64,000 nucleotides of DNA. Origin: Candidatus Shapirobacteria bacterium (GTDB taxonomy: Bacteria; Patescibacteriota; Microgenomatia; UBA12405). This document shows, piece after piece, positions 1 through 8,836 of the stretch. Every line of letters begins with the position of its first letter. The stretch's first letter is position 1. The stretch spans positions 1,974 to 65,973 of the forward strand of contig JBAYIT010000005.1 of NCBI GenBank assembly GCA_041665485.1, in the 5' to 3' direction. The notes beneath the pieces were generated by a model. That model made no database searches, had not been told where the DNA came from, and was given only the letters and a program-made list of their open reading frames with translations. A program made the position numbers and the translations under genes.

Positions 1-1939
1 AACCGAAACTGTCGGTGGTGCCACCAATTTGGCCACGGCGGGAAGAAAGATCACCAATAACTGTGCCTAAGAATTCCGAGGGAGTGGCCACCTCGAACTT
101 CATGATCGGCTCGAGAATCAAAGGCCTGGCTTGAGCAAAAGCATCTTTAATGGCGTAAGCGCCGGCTAATTTGAAGGCAGCTTCGGAAGAATCAACTTCG
201 TGATAAGTGCCATCATAGACAGTGACTTTAACGTCGGTGGCCGGATAACCGGCAATAATCCCCTTCTGGAGAGTTTCTCTAACCCCTTTCTCAATGGCAG
301 GAATAAAGTTGCTAGGAATAGCTCCACCTTTAACACCGTTGACAAATTCGACACCTTCACCCCTGTTCTTGGGCTCAATTCTGATTTTACAATGACCGTA
401 TTGACCGTGACCGCCGGATTGGTGGATATATTTTCCCTCACCTTCGGCATTGGCCGAAATAGTTTCCCGATAAGCGACTTGAGGAACACCGGTTTTGACA
501 TTAACACCAAATTCGCGCTTGAGACGATCGACAATGATTTCAAGGTAAAGCTCGCCCATACCGGCAATAATGGTTTGACCGGTTTCGTGGTTGTAAGTGA
601 CCTTAAAAGTTGGATCTTCAGTAGTAAGGCGGTTAAGGGCAACGCTCATTTTTTCCTGATCATCGGTAGTACCGGGCTCAATGCTTAGAGAGATAACCGG
701 GTCGGGGAACTGGATGGGAGAAAGAGAGATGGGGTTGGCTTTGTCGCAAAGAGTGTCGCCGGTGACGGATTCTTTAAGACCAATACAGGCGACAATTTCT
801 CCGGCATAACCTTCTTCAATCCCCTCGCGCTTGTCGGCGTGCATCAATAAAAGACGGCCGATACGTTCGGATTTCTGCTTGGTGGGGTTGTAGACCTCAA
901 CACCGGTTTTAACGGTGCCAGAATAGACACGGAGATAAGAGAGGGTGCCAACATGGGCGTCGGACTGGACTTTGAAAATAAGACCGGAAAAGGCATCGTC
1001 TTTTTCGGGACGGCGGGTGATTTTTTCGCCGGTAACAACGTCAAAACCTTCGGTGGGAGGAAGATCGATAGGAGAAGGAAGATAATCAACGATAGCGTCT
1101 AAAATCGGATGAATACCCTTGTTTCGCCAAGCGGCGCCACAGAAAACCGGAAAAAGTTTGCGGTGAATAGTGGCTTGCCTTAGAGCTGATTTCAACTCGG
1201 GAATAGAAATTTCCTGATCGTTTAGGAATTTTTCCATTAGGGCTTCGTCTTCCCCGGCAATTTTTTCCACCATTTGGGCACGGGCCTTGGTGGCAGAATC
1301 AAGATATTCCGGAGTGACATCTTTGACGGTAAACTCGAGACCTTCTTCGTCTTTGTCGTAAATAATCATCTTCATTTCCATTAGATCGATAACACCGGTA
1401 AAATCGTGCTCTTCACCGATGGGCAAGACCATAGGAATGATAGGACAGTGGAGTTTTTGGTTGATGGAATCGAGAGTTTTTTGGAAAGAAGCGCCAACTT
1501 TGTCCATTTTGTTGACAAAAGCCAGGCGGGGAACGCCGTATTTGTCGGCCTGACGCCAGACGGTTTCGGATTGGGCCTGAACACCGGCATTGCCATCGAA
1601 AATCATGATAGCGCCATCCAAGACACGCAAAGATCGCTCGACTTCGGCGGTGAAATCGACGTGGCCGGGGGTGTCGATGATATTGATACGAATGTCTTTC
1701 CAAAAGGTGGTAATACAGGCAGATTGAATGGTGATGCCCCGCTCGCGCTCCTGATCCATGGTGTCGGTGGTGGTGGTGCCCTCATCGACGGAGCCAATTT
1801 TGTGGATTTTACCGGTATAAAAGAGGATGCGCTCGGTGGTGGTGGTTTTACCGCCGTCGATATGGGCAATAATGCCGATATTACGGACTTTGTGCATAGG
1901 AACATCACGATTTTTGGAAAGTTTGATTTGATCAGCCAT
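1..1939 (-). CDS. fusA: elongation factor G (partial; C-terminus runs off the window start)
   Basis: Minus-strand frame open from ATG (rc of cat at 1937-1939) to position 1. N-terminus reads MADQIKLSKNRDVPMHKVRNIGIIAHIDGGKTTTTERIL (G1 P-loop), then RGITIQSA and IIDTPGHVDF. Absent from the ORF track because there is no in-window stop. Confidence 0.9.
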   Translation of the reverse strand, partial: MADQIKLSKNRDVPMHKVRNIGIIAHIDGGKTTTTERILFYTGKIHKIGSVDEGTTTTDTMDQERERGITIQSACITTFWKDIRINIIDTPGHVDFTAEVERSLRVLDGAIMIFDGNAGVQAQSETVWRQADKYGVPRLAFVNKMDKVGASFQKTLDSINQKLHCPIIPMVLPIGEEHDFTGVIDLMEMKMIIYDKDEEGLEFTVKDVTPEYLDSATKARAQMVEKIAGEDEALMEKFLNDQEISIPELKSALRQATIHRKLFPVFCGAAWRNKGIHPILDAIVDYLPSPIDLPPTEGFDVVTGEKITRRPEKDDAFSGLIFKVQSDAHVGTLSYLRVYSGTVKTGVEVYNPTKQKSERIGRLLLMHADKREGIEEGYAGEIVACIGLKESVTGDTLCDKANPISLSPIQFPDPVISLSIEPGTTDDQEKMSVALNRLTTEDPTFKVTYNHETGQTIIAGMGELYLEIIVDRLKREFGVNVKTGVPQVAYRETISANAEGEGKYIHQSGGHGQYGHCKIRIEPKNRGEGVEFVNGVKGGAIPSNFIPAIEKGVRETLQKGIIAGYPATDVKVTVYDGTYHEVDSSEAAFKLAGAYAIKDAFAQARPLILEPIMKFEVATPSEFLGTVIGDLSSRRGQIGGTTDSFG

Positions 1940-2002
1940 GGGAATCAGTTAACAGTTTTCAGTTACGAGTTGCGAGTTGAAAAACAGTTTAATTAAATAA
2001 TT

Positions 2003-2035
2003 TAAAAAATAAAAAAGATTGCAGGCATGGCCTGC
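2003..2035 (-). terminator. rho-independent terminator candidate after the Bro-N gene, about 65 nt upstream of the fusA start
   Basis: Perfect 6-bp GC stem gcaggc-atg-gcctgc (2021-2035). On the minus strand it is followed by UCUUUUUUAUUUUUU (rc of 2003-2020). Confidence 0.45.
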
Positions 2036-2065
2036 GAATGAAGTTATGATAACACAAGTACAGAA

Positions 2066-2107
2066 AATTTTTAATTTTAAATTTTTAATTTTTAAACAAT
2101 TTTTAAT
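2066..2107. repeat. 42-bp AT-rich dispersed repeat, copy 1 (second copy at 59768-59809, 41/42 identical)
   Basis: aatttttaattttaaatttttaatttttaaacaatttttaat matches 59768-59809 with one mismatch. Both copies sit on the upstream side of a minus-strand core gene (fusA, gatB) at the edge of an accessory insertion. Confidence 0.7.
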
Positions 2108-2398
2108 ATCTAATTTTTAAATACTAAAAAAACAAAACAGGGGTGGGGTGGAGAGGAGGAAAAGGGCTTGATATAATTCGACATGGGAAAATGTGTAATT
2201 AGTATGTCGATGCATGATTGGGGACGTAACATTCAAGAAAGAATAGATATAATTGATGAGGTTAGTGGTTGCAGTTACTTTTCTGCTTGTGGGACTAAGG
2301 GAAACCGTTGCTCGGCTACCAAAGAAGAACAGTGCCCGGCGACAAAATTTCCAGAACTGGCGCAAGAAGTTGAAGCGAGATGGAAAGGAGAAAAGAAT

Positions 2399-3238
2399 CT
2401 ACTTTAACTCTTTTTTCTTATCTTTTGCTTTTGGTAAATAGTTTTCTTTGGAAACGATTGGCCGACCTAATTCTTTTTCGGTTTGTTTTCTGGCATTTCC
2501 AGCAATGTTTCCGCCCCTGTTGGCGACTTTTTTATTTGCCACAAAAGTATCTGGCTTTTCTTGTTGAGAAATTTCTGTGGTCACCCGCTCACCAAGCATG
2601 TTAAAAATTAATTCCAAATCATTCATATGATCACGTAAATTTTGCCGTTTTAATCCCTTTAATCTTTTGTATTCACTGGGTGTTACGCCAAAAGTGGCTT
2701 TGGAAATTTCAGCGGTCAAAATCTCATATTCTTTTTGTTCTTTTATACCTCGTTTTTGCCACTCATCGGTTAATTCTTCGCGAATGGCAATGCCCCGCAT
2801 TCGTCTCTCTATCCAACTTTCGGGGTACCCCTTGAGTTTATAGAGCAGTCTTGTTCTTTTAGTTGCCAATTCCGGATCTTCAATTTCTTGGACTCGCTCA
2901 TAGCCAACTTTTGCTAGCCAGCGTTTGAATGGCTCGGCTTTGGGTGAGGGAATTGATTGAATAATACGAAAAATTCCTTCTGTATTAGCACAATCTGTTT
3001 CGCGCATTTTTCCATCTGGGGCGAGTACCTTCAACCGGTGACAATTTGTCACCACTTCACTTCCTTCGTCTCTTAATCTTTGAGAGAGTTTGTTCCAATA
3101 TTTTCGTGCTGTTTGATCGTCTTGTTGGCTTGTAAGCGCCTGGACGATATCTACCATTGAAAACCACCACTCGTTATTGTAAATAACTTTGCGTATTTCT
3201 TTTTTTTGAAATATGGCTATTTTTGTTGTGATTTCCAT
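2399..3238 (-). CDS. Bro-N domain protein (DinD / phage antirepressor-like)
   Basis: 279 aa. N-terminus has IYNNEWWFSMVDIVQALT, typical of Bro-N/DinD family proteins; C-terminal half is unrelated. Family assignment is from memory of the domain, not a search. Confidence 0.5.
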   Translation of the reverse strand: MEITTKIAIFQKKEIRKVIYNNEWWFSMVDIVQALTSQQDDQTARKYWNKLSQRLRDEGSEVVTNCHRLKVLAPDGKMRETDCANTEGIFRIIQSIPSPKAEPFKRWLAKVGYERVQEIEDPELATKRTRLLYKLKGYPESWIERRMRGIAIREELTDEWQKRGIKEQKEYEILTAEISKATFGVTPSEYKRLKGLKRQNLRDHMNDLELIFNMLGERVTTEISQQEKPDTFVANKKVANRGGNIAGNARKQTEKELGRPIVSKENYLPKAKDKKKELK

Positions 3239-3454
3239 GCTGGTTTAATTGTATTCCATTTCTTTATACGAAAACAGCCATGTTTGCCTCACACTGTGGC
3301 CTTGCGGGTGTTAGTGTCATGAGGGCTTCGAGCCCTTCAAACAGGTTATTTTAACAAAAGACGACTGTAATTTTTCAATCCCTCTAAATCTCCCTTTAAC
3401 CCGTCAGGTGCCGGGCACGGCAATGGGACTTTAATAAAGATGTTGGTATAAAAT

Positions 3455-4648
3455 ATGGAGATGAAGAAAAAAACGGTGGGGATAATTGGGGGAGGGATTG
3501 GGGGGTTGGTGGCGGGATTACGGCTTTGCCAAAAAGGCTATAAAGTAACGATTTTTGAAAAGGGGGAGGTGTTGGGGGGGCTTTTAGCCGGATTTAAGGT
3601 GGAAGGGACAAACTTGGAGCGGGCCTACCACCATATTTTTGAGAGTGACAAAGAGGTAATTGGTTTAATTAAAGAATTGGGATTGTCAGAAAAGATGGTT
3701 TGGAAAAAAGGAACAATCGGGGTGTATTGGCAAAAAGAGATGTGGCCATTTAATGGCCCAGTCGATTTGCTACGATTTGGGGCGATTCCCCTACTGGACC
3801 GGATTCGGATGGGATTAGTTGGCTTGTGGCTTCAAAAAGATGAAAACTACCAAAAATATATAAAAGTTACGGCGGTGAGTTGGATGAAAAAGTGGGTGGG
3901 AAAGGCGGGCTTTGAAGTGGTGTGGGAGCCACTACTAAGGGCCAAATTTGGGGAAGATTACGACAAAGTATCAATGGCCTGGCTCTGGGCCCGGATTCAT
4001 ACCAGAAGCTCTAAACTTGGCTATTTACTGGGCGGGTTTGAGCAAATTACTAATCGGCTGGCGGAAGAAATTAAAAAAGCGGGCGGAGTTATAAAACTAA
4101 AGACAGAAGTAGATTTGGAAAAAGTTAAAAAAGATTTTGATTTAGTGATTAATACGGGGCCGGTTCCGAGAGTAAAGTATTTGGGAGCGGTGATAGTGGC
4201 ATTTACGTCGAGCCAAAATTTAAGCCAGTATTATTGGCACAATATTAATGACCCTCAGTCCCCCTTCCTGGCTTTTATTCAACATACCAATCTTGTTGAT
4301 AAGAGTGAGTACGGCGGGAAACATGTTTATTATATGGGCGCTTACCTTTCTCACGATGACCACAGATTTGAAGCGGATGAAGAAACGATTAAGAAAGATT
4401 TTCACGAATACTTAAAGCGGATTTTCGCCGATTTTGACCCGGGGCAGATTGATCAGGAGTGGGTGTTTAGATTTAAAAATGCCCAGCATGTGGTGACGAC
4501 GGATTACCAAGAAATAATAAATAAGACAAAGAAGACCAATAGGACCGATAAAATAATTAATTTAAATTTTGCCATGATTTTTCCCCAGGACAGAGGAATT
4601 AATTATGCGGTGCGGGAGGCGGAAAGACTAATAAAATGTCGTTTTTAA
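3455..4648 (+). CDS. FAD/NAD(P)-binding oxidoreductase (amine-oxidase / UDP-galactopyranose-mutase-like fold)
   Basis: 397 aa. N-terminal Rossmann dinucleotide motif VGIIGGGIGGLVAG followed by an acidic residue (FEKGEVLGG); substrate unknown. Confidence 0.6.
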   Translation: MEMKKKTVGIIGGGIGGLVAGLRLCQKGYKVTIFEKGEVLGGLLAGFKVEGTNLERAYHHIFESDKEVIGLIKELGLSEKMVWKKGTIGVYWQKEMWPFNGPVDLLRFGAIPLLDRIRMGLVGLWLQKDENYQKYIKVTAVSWMKKWVGKAGFEVVWEPLLRAKFGEDYDKVSMAWLWARIHTRSSKLGYLLGGFEQITNRLAEEIKKAGGVIKLKTEVDLEKVKKDFDLVINTGPVPRVKYLGAVIVAFTSSQNLSQYYWHNINDPQSPFLAFIQHTNLVDKSEYGGKHVYYMGAYLSHDDHRFEADEETIKKDFHEYLKRIFADFDPGQIDQEWVFRFKNAQHVVTTDYQEIINKTKKTNRTDKIINLNFAMIFPQDRGINYAVREAERLIKCRF

Positions 4649-6024
4649 CAATAAAGTTTTTGCTATTTTTTTTGGCAGTTTGGGGGCTGGCAATAATTTT
4701 TCGGCCCTACAAGAGAGCTTATAAATTATTGATAATTGGGGCGAATTTAGTTTTCTACAGTTTTTTTGGAGTAACAGGACTGGTGGTTTTAGTAAGTGAT
4801 GTTTTACTAAATTACGGACTGCTAAAAATTTTGGGGAGACTAAAAGCGAAAAAAAAGGTTTTGGGGGTTGGAGTGGGTTTGAATTTACTGCTTTTGAGCA
4901 GTTATAAATATTTTAATAATCTGACGGGAATAACGGGGATGGAAATAATTGCCCCGATTGGAGTGTCGTTTTTTACTTTTAAAATTATTAGCGTTCTGAT
5001 TGATAGCTACCGACAAAAGATTCAGGTTAACAGTTTGGCCGACTACTTGGCCTATGTTAGCTTTTTTCCCCAAATATCGGCCGGGCCGATTGCCAGGTTT
5101 AAAGAATTTGCCGAGGATATAAACCAAGAGGAGCAAGGAGAGACGGAAAACAACAATATTGGGCCAAGATTTTGGACCTTAATAATTAGTGGCTGGCTTA
5201 AAATGTATTTAATTGGGAGCTACTTGTATGAAATAGTTAATCAAACGATTAATGCACCTCAAAGCTTTGGCCGGGTGGACTTAATTTTGGGCATGATGAG
5301 CTTGAGTTTTTTTATTTTTGCTAATTTTAGTGGCTATTCGGACATTTCGGAGGCGCTGGCGATGGCGCTGGGATTTAGAACGCCAAAGAATTTTAATAAC
5401 CCTTATCGGGCAGTGGGGATTCGAGATTTTTGGCAAAGGTGGCACATGAGCCTATCGACCTGGCTTAAGGACTACCTTTATATACCAATGGGGGGAAACC
5501 GGCGGGGACGGGCATGGAAATATTGCAATTTACTGGTGACCATGGTGGTGGGCGGAATGTGGCACGGAGCGGAAATTAACTTTTTGGTGTGGGGAGGGCT
5601 ACAGGGAGAAATGCTAATGATTGATCATTTTTTGCATGATACGGTGTGGCCAAAATTGAGAGGGGTGGCTAACTGGATAAAAATAGCGGGGAGAGGCGGG
5701 GGGTGGCTGATAACCTTTGGACTGATAAATATTAGTTGGATTATCTTTTATCCAAAAAACATGGAGGCGTCGGTGACCTATTTTGAATACTTGATTAGAC
5801 CAAGAGAGAACCTGGTGGTGCTGGGCTCGGGTGGGCTTCTGACAATCCTAATTTTGGCGGGGATTTTGAGCGTGAGAGGAGATAAATTTGAGGAAATAAT
5901 GGCCAAAACGTTAACTAAAGCCCCGGGAGTGGTAAGATATGTAGTACTAGTAGTGATATTTTATTTGATTATTACCTTCGGACCAAGTAACTATGTGGCT
6001 CCAGCCGCCTACTTTAATTTCTAA
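4636..6024 (+). CDS. MBOAT-family membrane O-acyltransferase (AlgI/DltB-like)
   Basis: 462 aa, multi-pass membrane protein. Has the MBOAT signature RWHMSLSTWLKDYLYIPMGGNRRG with the catalytic His. Confidence 0.85.
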   Translation: MSFLTIKFLLFFLAVWGLAIIFRPYKRAYKLLIIGANLVFYSFFGVTGLVVLVSDVLLNYGLLKILGRLKAKKKVLGVGVGLNLLLLSSYKYFNNLTGITGMEIIAPIGVSFFTFKIISVLIDSYRQKIQVNSLADYLAYVSFFPQISAGPIARFKEFAEDINQEEQGETENNNIGPRFWTLIISGWLKMYLIGSYLYEIVNQTINAPQSFGRVDLILGMMSLSFFIFANFSGYSDISEALAMALGFRTPKNFNNPYRAVGIRDFWQRWHMSLSTWLKDYLYIPMGGNRRGRAWKYCNLLVTMVVGGMWHGAEINFLVWGGLQGEMLMIDHFLHDTVWPKLRGVANWIKIAGRGGGWLITFGLINISWIIFYPKNMEASVTYFEYLIRPRENLVVLGSGGLLTILILAGILSVRGDKFEEIMAKTLTKAPGVVRYVVLVVIFYLIITFGPSNYVAPAAYFNF

Positions 6025-6889
6025 ACGCCGAAAAGAATCGACAAGATTGTGGTTGTGGGCAGTAATAATACTGACTTCGGTGACTGGCTTGTTTAAAATT
6101 AGGACGCAGGCAAAATCGGCAGAAATGGTTAGCCCGCTGGCACTGGCTCAACTACCGACAACGATACCAACAATTATGCCGACAACGATACCGGCAATAA
6201 CACCAACGATAATACCAACGATAGCACCAATAATAGAAATAAAAGAAATCCAACCAGCCAATATATTAATTATTGGTGACTCGATGGTAATGGAAGGCTT
6301 TGGCCCGGTAGTGGCAAACGATCTGTTGGCTTATTCGGACTTCAAAGTAGTGAGAAAGGGGAAATTTTCAACCGGACTAAACAGGACGGATTTTTTTGAT
6401 TGGTATAAATACTCACTAGAGCTGATTGAGGAATATAAGCCAGAGGCAATGGTGATAATGTTTGGCGCCAACGACAACCAAAATATTTTGGACGGAGGGG
6501 GCAGGGCTTACACGGTAGGCGAGGCGGGCTGGGACGAGGTGTATACCCAAAGAGTGGCCCAATATATGGCCTTAATTAGCCCAATGGTAGAAAAAGTTTA
6601 TTGGGTGGGACAACCGCCGGCCAGAGAAGCGGGGTTTTCCGGAAGATTGAAGCACCTAAACGATATCTATGAGGCCGAAGCGAAAAACTGGAGCAATATT
6701 AAATTTATTTCGACGTGGGAGAGGTTTACTGTTGAGGGGAAATATCAGGCCTCGGTGGCAAACGATCAGGGACTAAAACAGAGGGTAAAAACAGATGACG
6801 GAATTCATTTGACCATTCATGGGGCAAAAATTATGAGTGAAATGGTGATTGGAGTAATCAGGCAAGACCTTAATCTGGCGACGAGGTAA
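5993..6889 (+). CDS. SGNH/GDSL-type hydrolase (AlgJ/DltD-like partner of the MBOAT protein); true start probably internal (about 6124, MVSPLALAQ)
   Basis: Signal/TM segment, PT-rich linker, then IIGDSMVMEGFG (GDS block) and MFGANDNQ (block III), DGIHLT near the C-terminus. The annotated start overlaps the MBOAT gene. Confidence 0.7.
   Translation: MWLQPPTLISKRRKESTRLWLWAVIILTSVTGLFKIRTQAKSAEMVSPLALAQLPTTIPTIMPTTIPAITPTIIPTIAPIIEIKEIQPANILIIGDSMVMEGFGPVVANDLLAYSDFKVVRKGKFSTGLNRTDFFDWYKYSLELIEEYKPEAMVIMFGANDNQNILDGGGRAYTVGEAGWDEVYTQRVAQYMALISPMVEKVYWVGQPPAREAGFSGRLKHLNDIYEAEAKNWSNIKFISTWERFTVEGKYQASVANDQGLKQRVKTDDGIHLTIHGAKIMSEMVIGVIRQDLNLATR
6148..6232 (+). repeat. imperfect tandem repeats (about 24 bp units) encoding a P/T/I-rich linker in the SGNH hydrolase
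   Basis: ccgacaacgataccaacaattatg / ccgacaacgataccggcaataaca / ccaacgataataccaacgatagca encode PTTIPTIMPTTIPAITPTIIPTIAP. Confidence 0.6.
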
Positions 6890-6973
6890 AGAGAGGAATT
6901 ATGAATTTACGAATTTAGAATTTACGAATCTGGAGATAAGAAATAAAATTTAAGAATTTAAAAAATAAGATTT

Positions 6974-7393
6974 ATGAATATCGATAAACGGAATCATTTG
7001 GAAAAAATTCAAAAAGTATTGGTGATGGTGGCGGAAAAAACAAATACGTTGGGTATAGATTGGTATTTAGGATCGAGCGGGGCATTGATGGTTCATGGAA
7101 TAGATGTTGTGCCTAAAGATTTGGACATTTTAACTAATTGGAAAAACATCGAAAAAATAACCGGTGAATTTAAGTCATTTGTTGTTGACAATAACCCCGA
7201 CGGAATTAAACTGGAAATTGAAGGGATTGAGGTGGAGGTGTTAGGATTGTCGGATTTGAGAGAACCAAAACTTGTTTTGTTTAAAAATAGGCTGATACCG
7301 GTTAGTTCTCTTGATGATTTACTTTTATTTTACAAAAGTAGACCCGGTAAAACGGAGATAGTGAGGATGATTGAGGAAAAAACGAGAGGCTAG
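6974..7393 (+). CDS. minimal nucleotidyltransferase-fold protein (Lnu / ANT(2'')-like)
   Basis: 139 aa. IDWYLGSSGALMVHGIDVVPKDLDI fits the pol-beta-type NTase GS...DxD motif and resembles the lincosamide NTase stretch YWLDGGWGVDVLTG...DIDI (recalled, not searched). Confidence 0.45.
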   Translation: MNIDKRNHLEKIQKVLVMVAEKTNTLGIDWYLGSSGALMVHGIDVVPKDLDILTNWKNIEKITGEFKSFVVDNNPDGIKLEIEGIEVEVLGLSDLREPKLVLFKNRLIPVSSLDDLLLFYKSRPGKTEIVRMIEEKTRG

Positions 7394-7431
7394 GAAATTA
7401 GGTGTGGACGTGGCGCAATGACGTTAGATGT

Positions 7432-8787
7432 TTACGGCGTAACCGTAGGAGAAGCGGTGGCGGTGGAGGCGCCGGTTTTGAGGTCGGTGCCGATAGTGAA
7501 GACGATGTCGTAAGTGCCGGTGGCCGGCAGAGTGGCAGAGAAAGTGGCCGGGAAATCGGCTAGTTTAGACTGGAAATAAGCCGAAGACGAGGCTAATTCC
7601 GGCTTGGTGTTGACCAAATTTTCGGTGGCTTTGGTTTTGCTGTTGCCAGTAGTGACATCGGTAAAGCCAAGAGCGACAAGCTTTTGCTTTAAGACTGAAG
7701 CTTGACCGTTAATATCGGTGCCGTTTAAAACTTGAAGCTTGAGAGTTTTGCTGATTTCGGCAATAGAAGGAATGGGAGTGGCAGTGGGAGGAGCAACGGC
7801 AGTGGTGGGGGTGACTTGATTGCCCGGCTCTAGGGGGGGCTCGCCATTAAGAACATTATTGCGACTAACAACGTACCAGATAATGATCGAGGCCAGAGCG
7901 GCGGTGACGATGAAAACAGCAACGATGGGGAGGTAGTTCTTTTTTGGTTCCATTGGTTTTTGGATAGGTAAATTACTATTTGGTAATGAGATTATAGCAG
8001 AAGAAAGGGCGCCGATGACCGGCAAGGGCAAATTGGCGGGGAGGCTAAGCTGGAGAGCAATTTGAGAGGGATTGTATTCGGTGGACTCGATCTTGGGGAA
8101 AATCTCCGATTTTTCCTTGAAATCGACAGGGAGAAAGACCTTTTCCACCGGAGAGCCAAAATAAAGCTGGCTGTAGTTGACGATTTTTTGAATATCATTT
8201 TTTTGATTTTTGACGATACTGGAAAGATAAACCTCACTACCTTGGGCTAAAACCAAAACTGACTCCTGATGAGTTTGGGGATAAACGGCAAAATAGTTGG
8301 GTTTGTAGTATTTGGAAAAAACATTGGCAATGGATTGGGAAACCGAGGCGGTGGTGATAACTTTAAGGCCAAGCTGGCTAAGATTGGCGTAAAGATTTTT
8401 AAGCTTTTCCTGGCAAAGAATGGTGGTTTTGATTAAAGTCTTGCCGGTTTTTTTCTCTAAAACGGCCGAAATCGAATCAGACTCGAGAGGAAAATCGACG
8501 TAACCCTTGGCGAGAACGATGAGCTCTTTGTTGTCGATAGTATCGATTTCGGAATCGTAGACGAAGGTGCGGGTGAGAATAACGTCGTCGGGGATGATTA
8601 ATTTGGCTGATTTAAGGCGGTTTTGACTGAGATAGACTTTAAGAGGAGAGAGGTCGGCCTCTTCCAAGGGCTGGTAGAGATTGAGGTCGAAAGAAGTGAG
8701 GGTGGCAACTGAAGAGGAGATGAGGTAAAGGTCGAGCCCGGCACTTTTGGGCCAAACAACCAGCTGGGGACGAGAAAAGAGTGACAT
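7432..8787 (-). CDS. membrane protein: PilM/FtsA-like actin-fold N-terminal region, TM helix, C-terminal LytR_C-like domain
   Basis: 451 aa. N-terminus GLDLYLISSSVATLTSF ... AKLIIPDDVILTRTF resembles PilM phosphate motifs. TM segment YLPIVAVFIVTAALASIIIWYVV. C-terminal LKLQVLNGTDINGQASVLKQKLVALGFTDV resembles LytR_C. Confidence 0.45.
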   Translation of the reverse strand: MSLFSRPQLVVWPKSAGLDLYLISSSVATLTSFDLNLYQPLEEADLSPLKVYLSQNRLKSAKLIIPDDVILTRTFVYDSEIDTIDNKELIVLAKGYVDFPLESDSISAVLEKKTGKTLIKTTILCQEKLKNLYANLSQLGLKVITTASVSQSIANVFSKYYKPNYFAVYPQTHQESVLVLAQGSEVYLSSIVKNQKNDIQKIVNYSQLYFGSPVEKVFLPVDFKEKSEIFPKIESTEYNPSQIALQLSLPANLPLPVIGALSSAIISLPNSNLPIQKPMEPKKNYLPIVAVFIVTAALASIIIWYVVSRNNVLNGEPPLEPGNQVTPTTAVAPPTATPIPSIAEISKTLKLQVLNGTDINGQASVLKQKLVALGFTDVTTGNSKTKATENLVNTKPELASSSAYFQSKLADFPATFSATLPATGTYDIVFTIGTDLKTGASTATASPTVTP

Positions 8788-8836
8788 CTATGTATAGATT
8801 AGACTAAAAGCTCCAAAATAACAAATTGACAATTAA

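Noticed and set aside
200-1996. Plus- and minus-strand ORFs in the track (200..688, 166..642, 844..1089, 1406..1996, 1413..1703, 1603..1908)
   Set aside because: All lie inside the fusA minus-strand reading frame, which runs uninterrupted from 1939 to the window edge with the EF-G signature. They are alternative-frame or antisense artefacts.
2139-2167. Purine-rich tract gggtggggtggagaggaggaaaag, considered as an island boundary repeat with 10528-10556
   Set aside because: Similarity is only approximate and both are simple purine runs; mentioned under the island finding but not called as a repeat.
3270-3345. GC-rich structured stretch with a T-arm-like hairpin (agggcttcgagccct) between the Bro-N and oxidoreductase genes; considered as a tRNA/tmRNA fragment
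   Set aside because: No acceptor/anticodon arm geometry or T-loop consensus (5-7-5) could be drawn. Possibly a divergent-promoter or sRNA region, but unsupported.
8062-8250. Small ORFs inside the 7432..8787 gene and similar nested ORFs throughout (e.g. 40192..40386, 43712..43912, 50094..50465)
   Set aside because: Nested in longer ORFs with clear homology-type signatures; no independent support.
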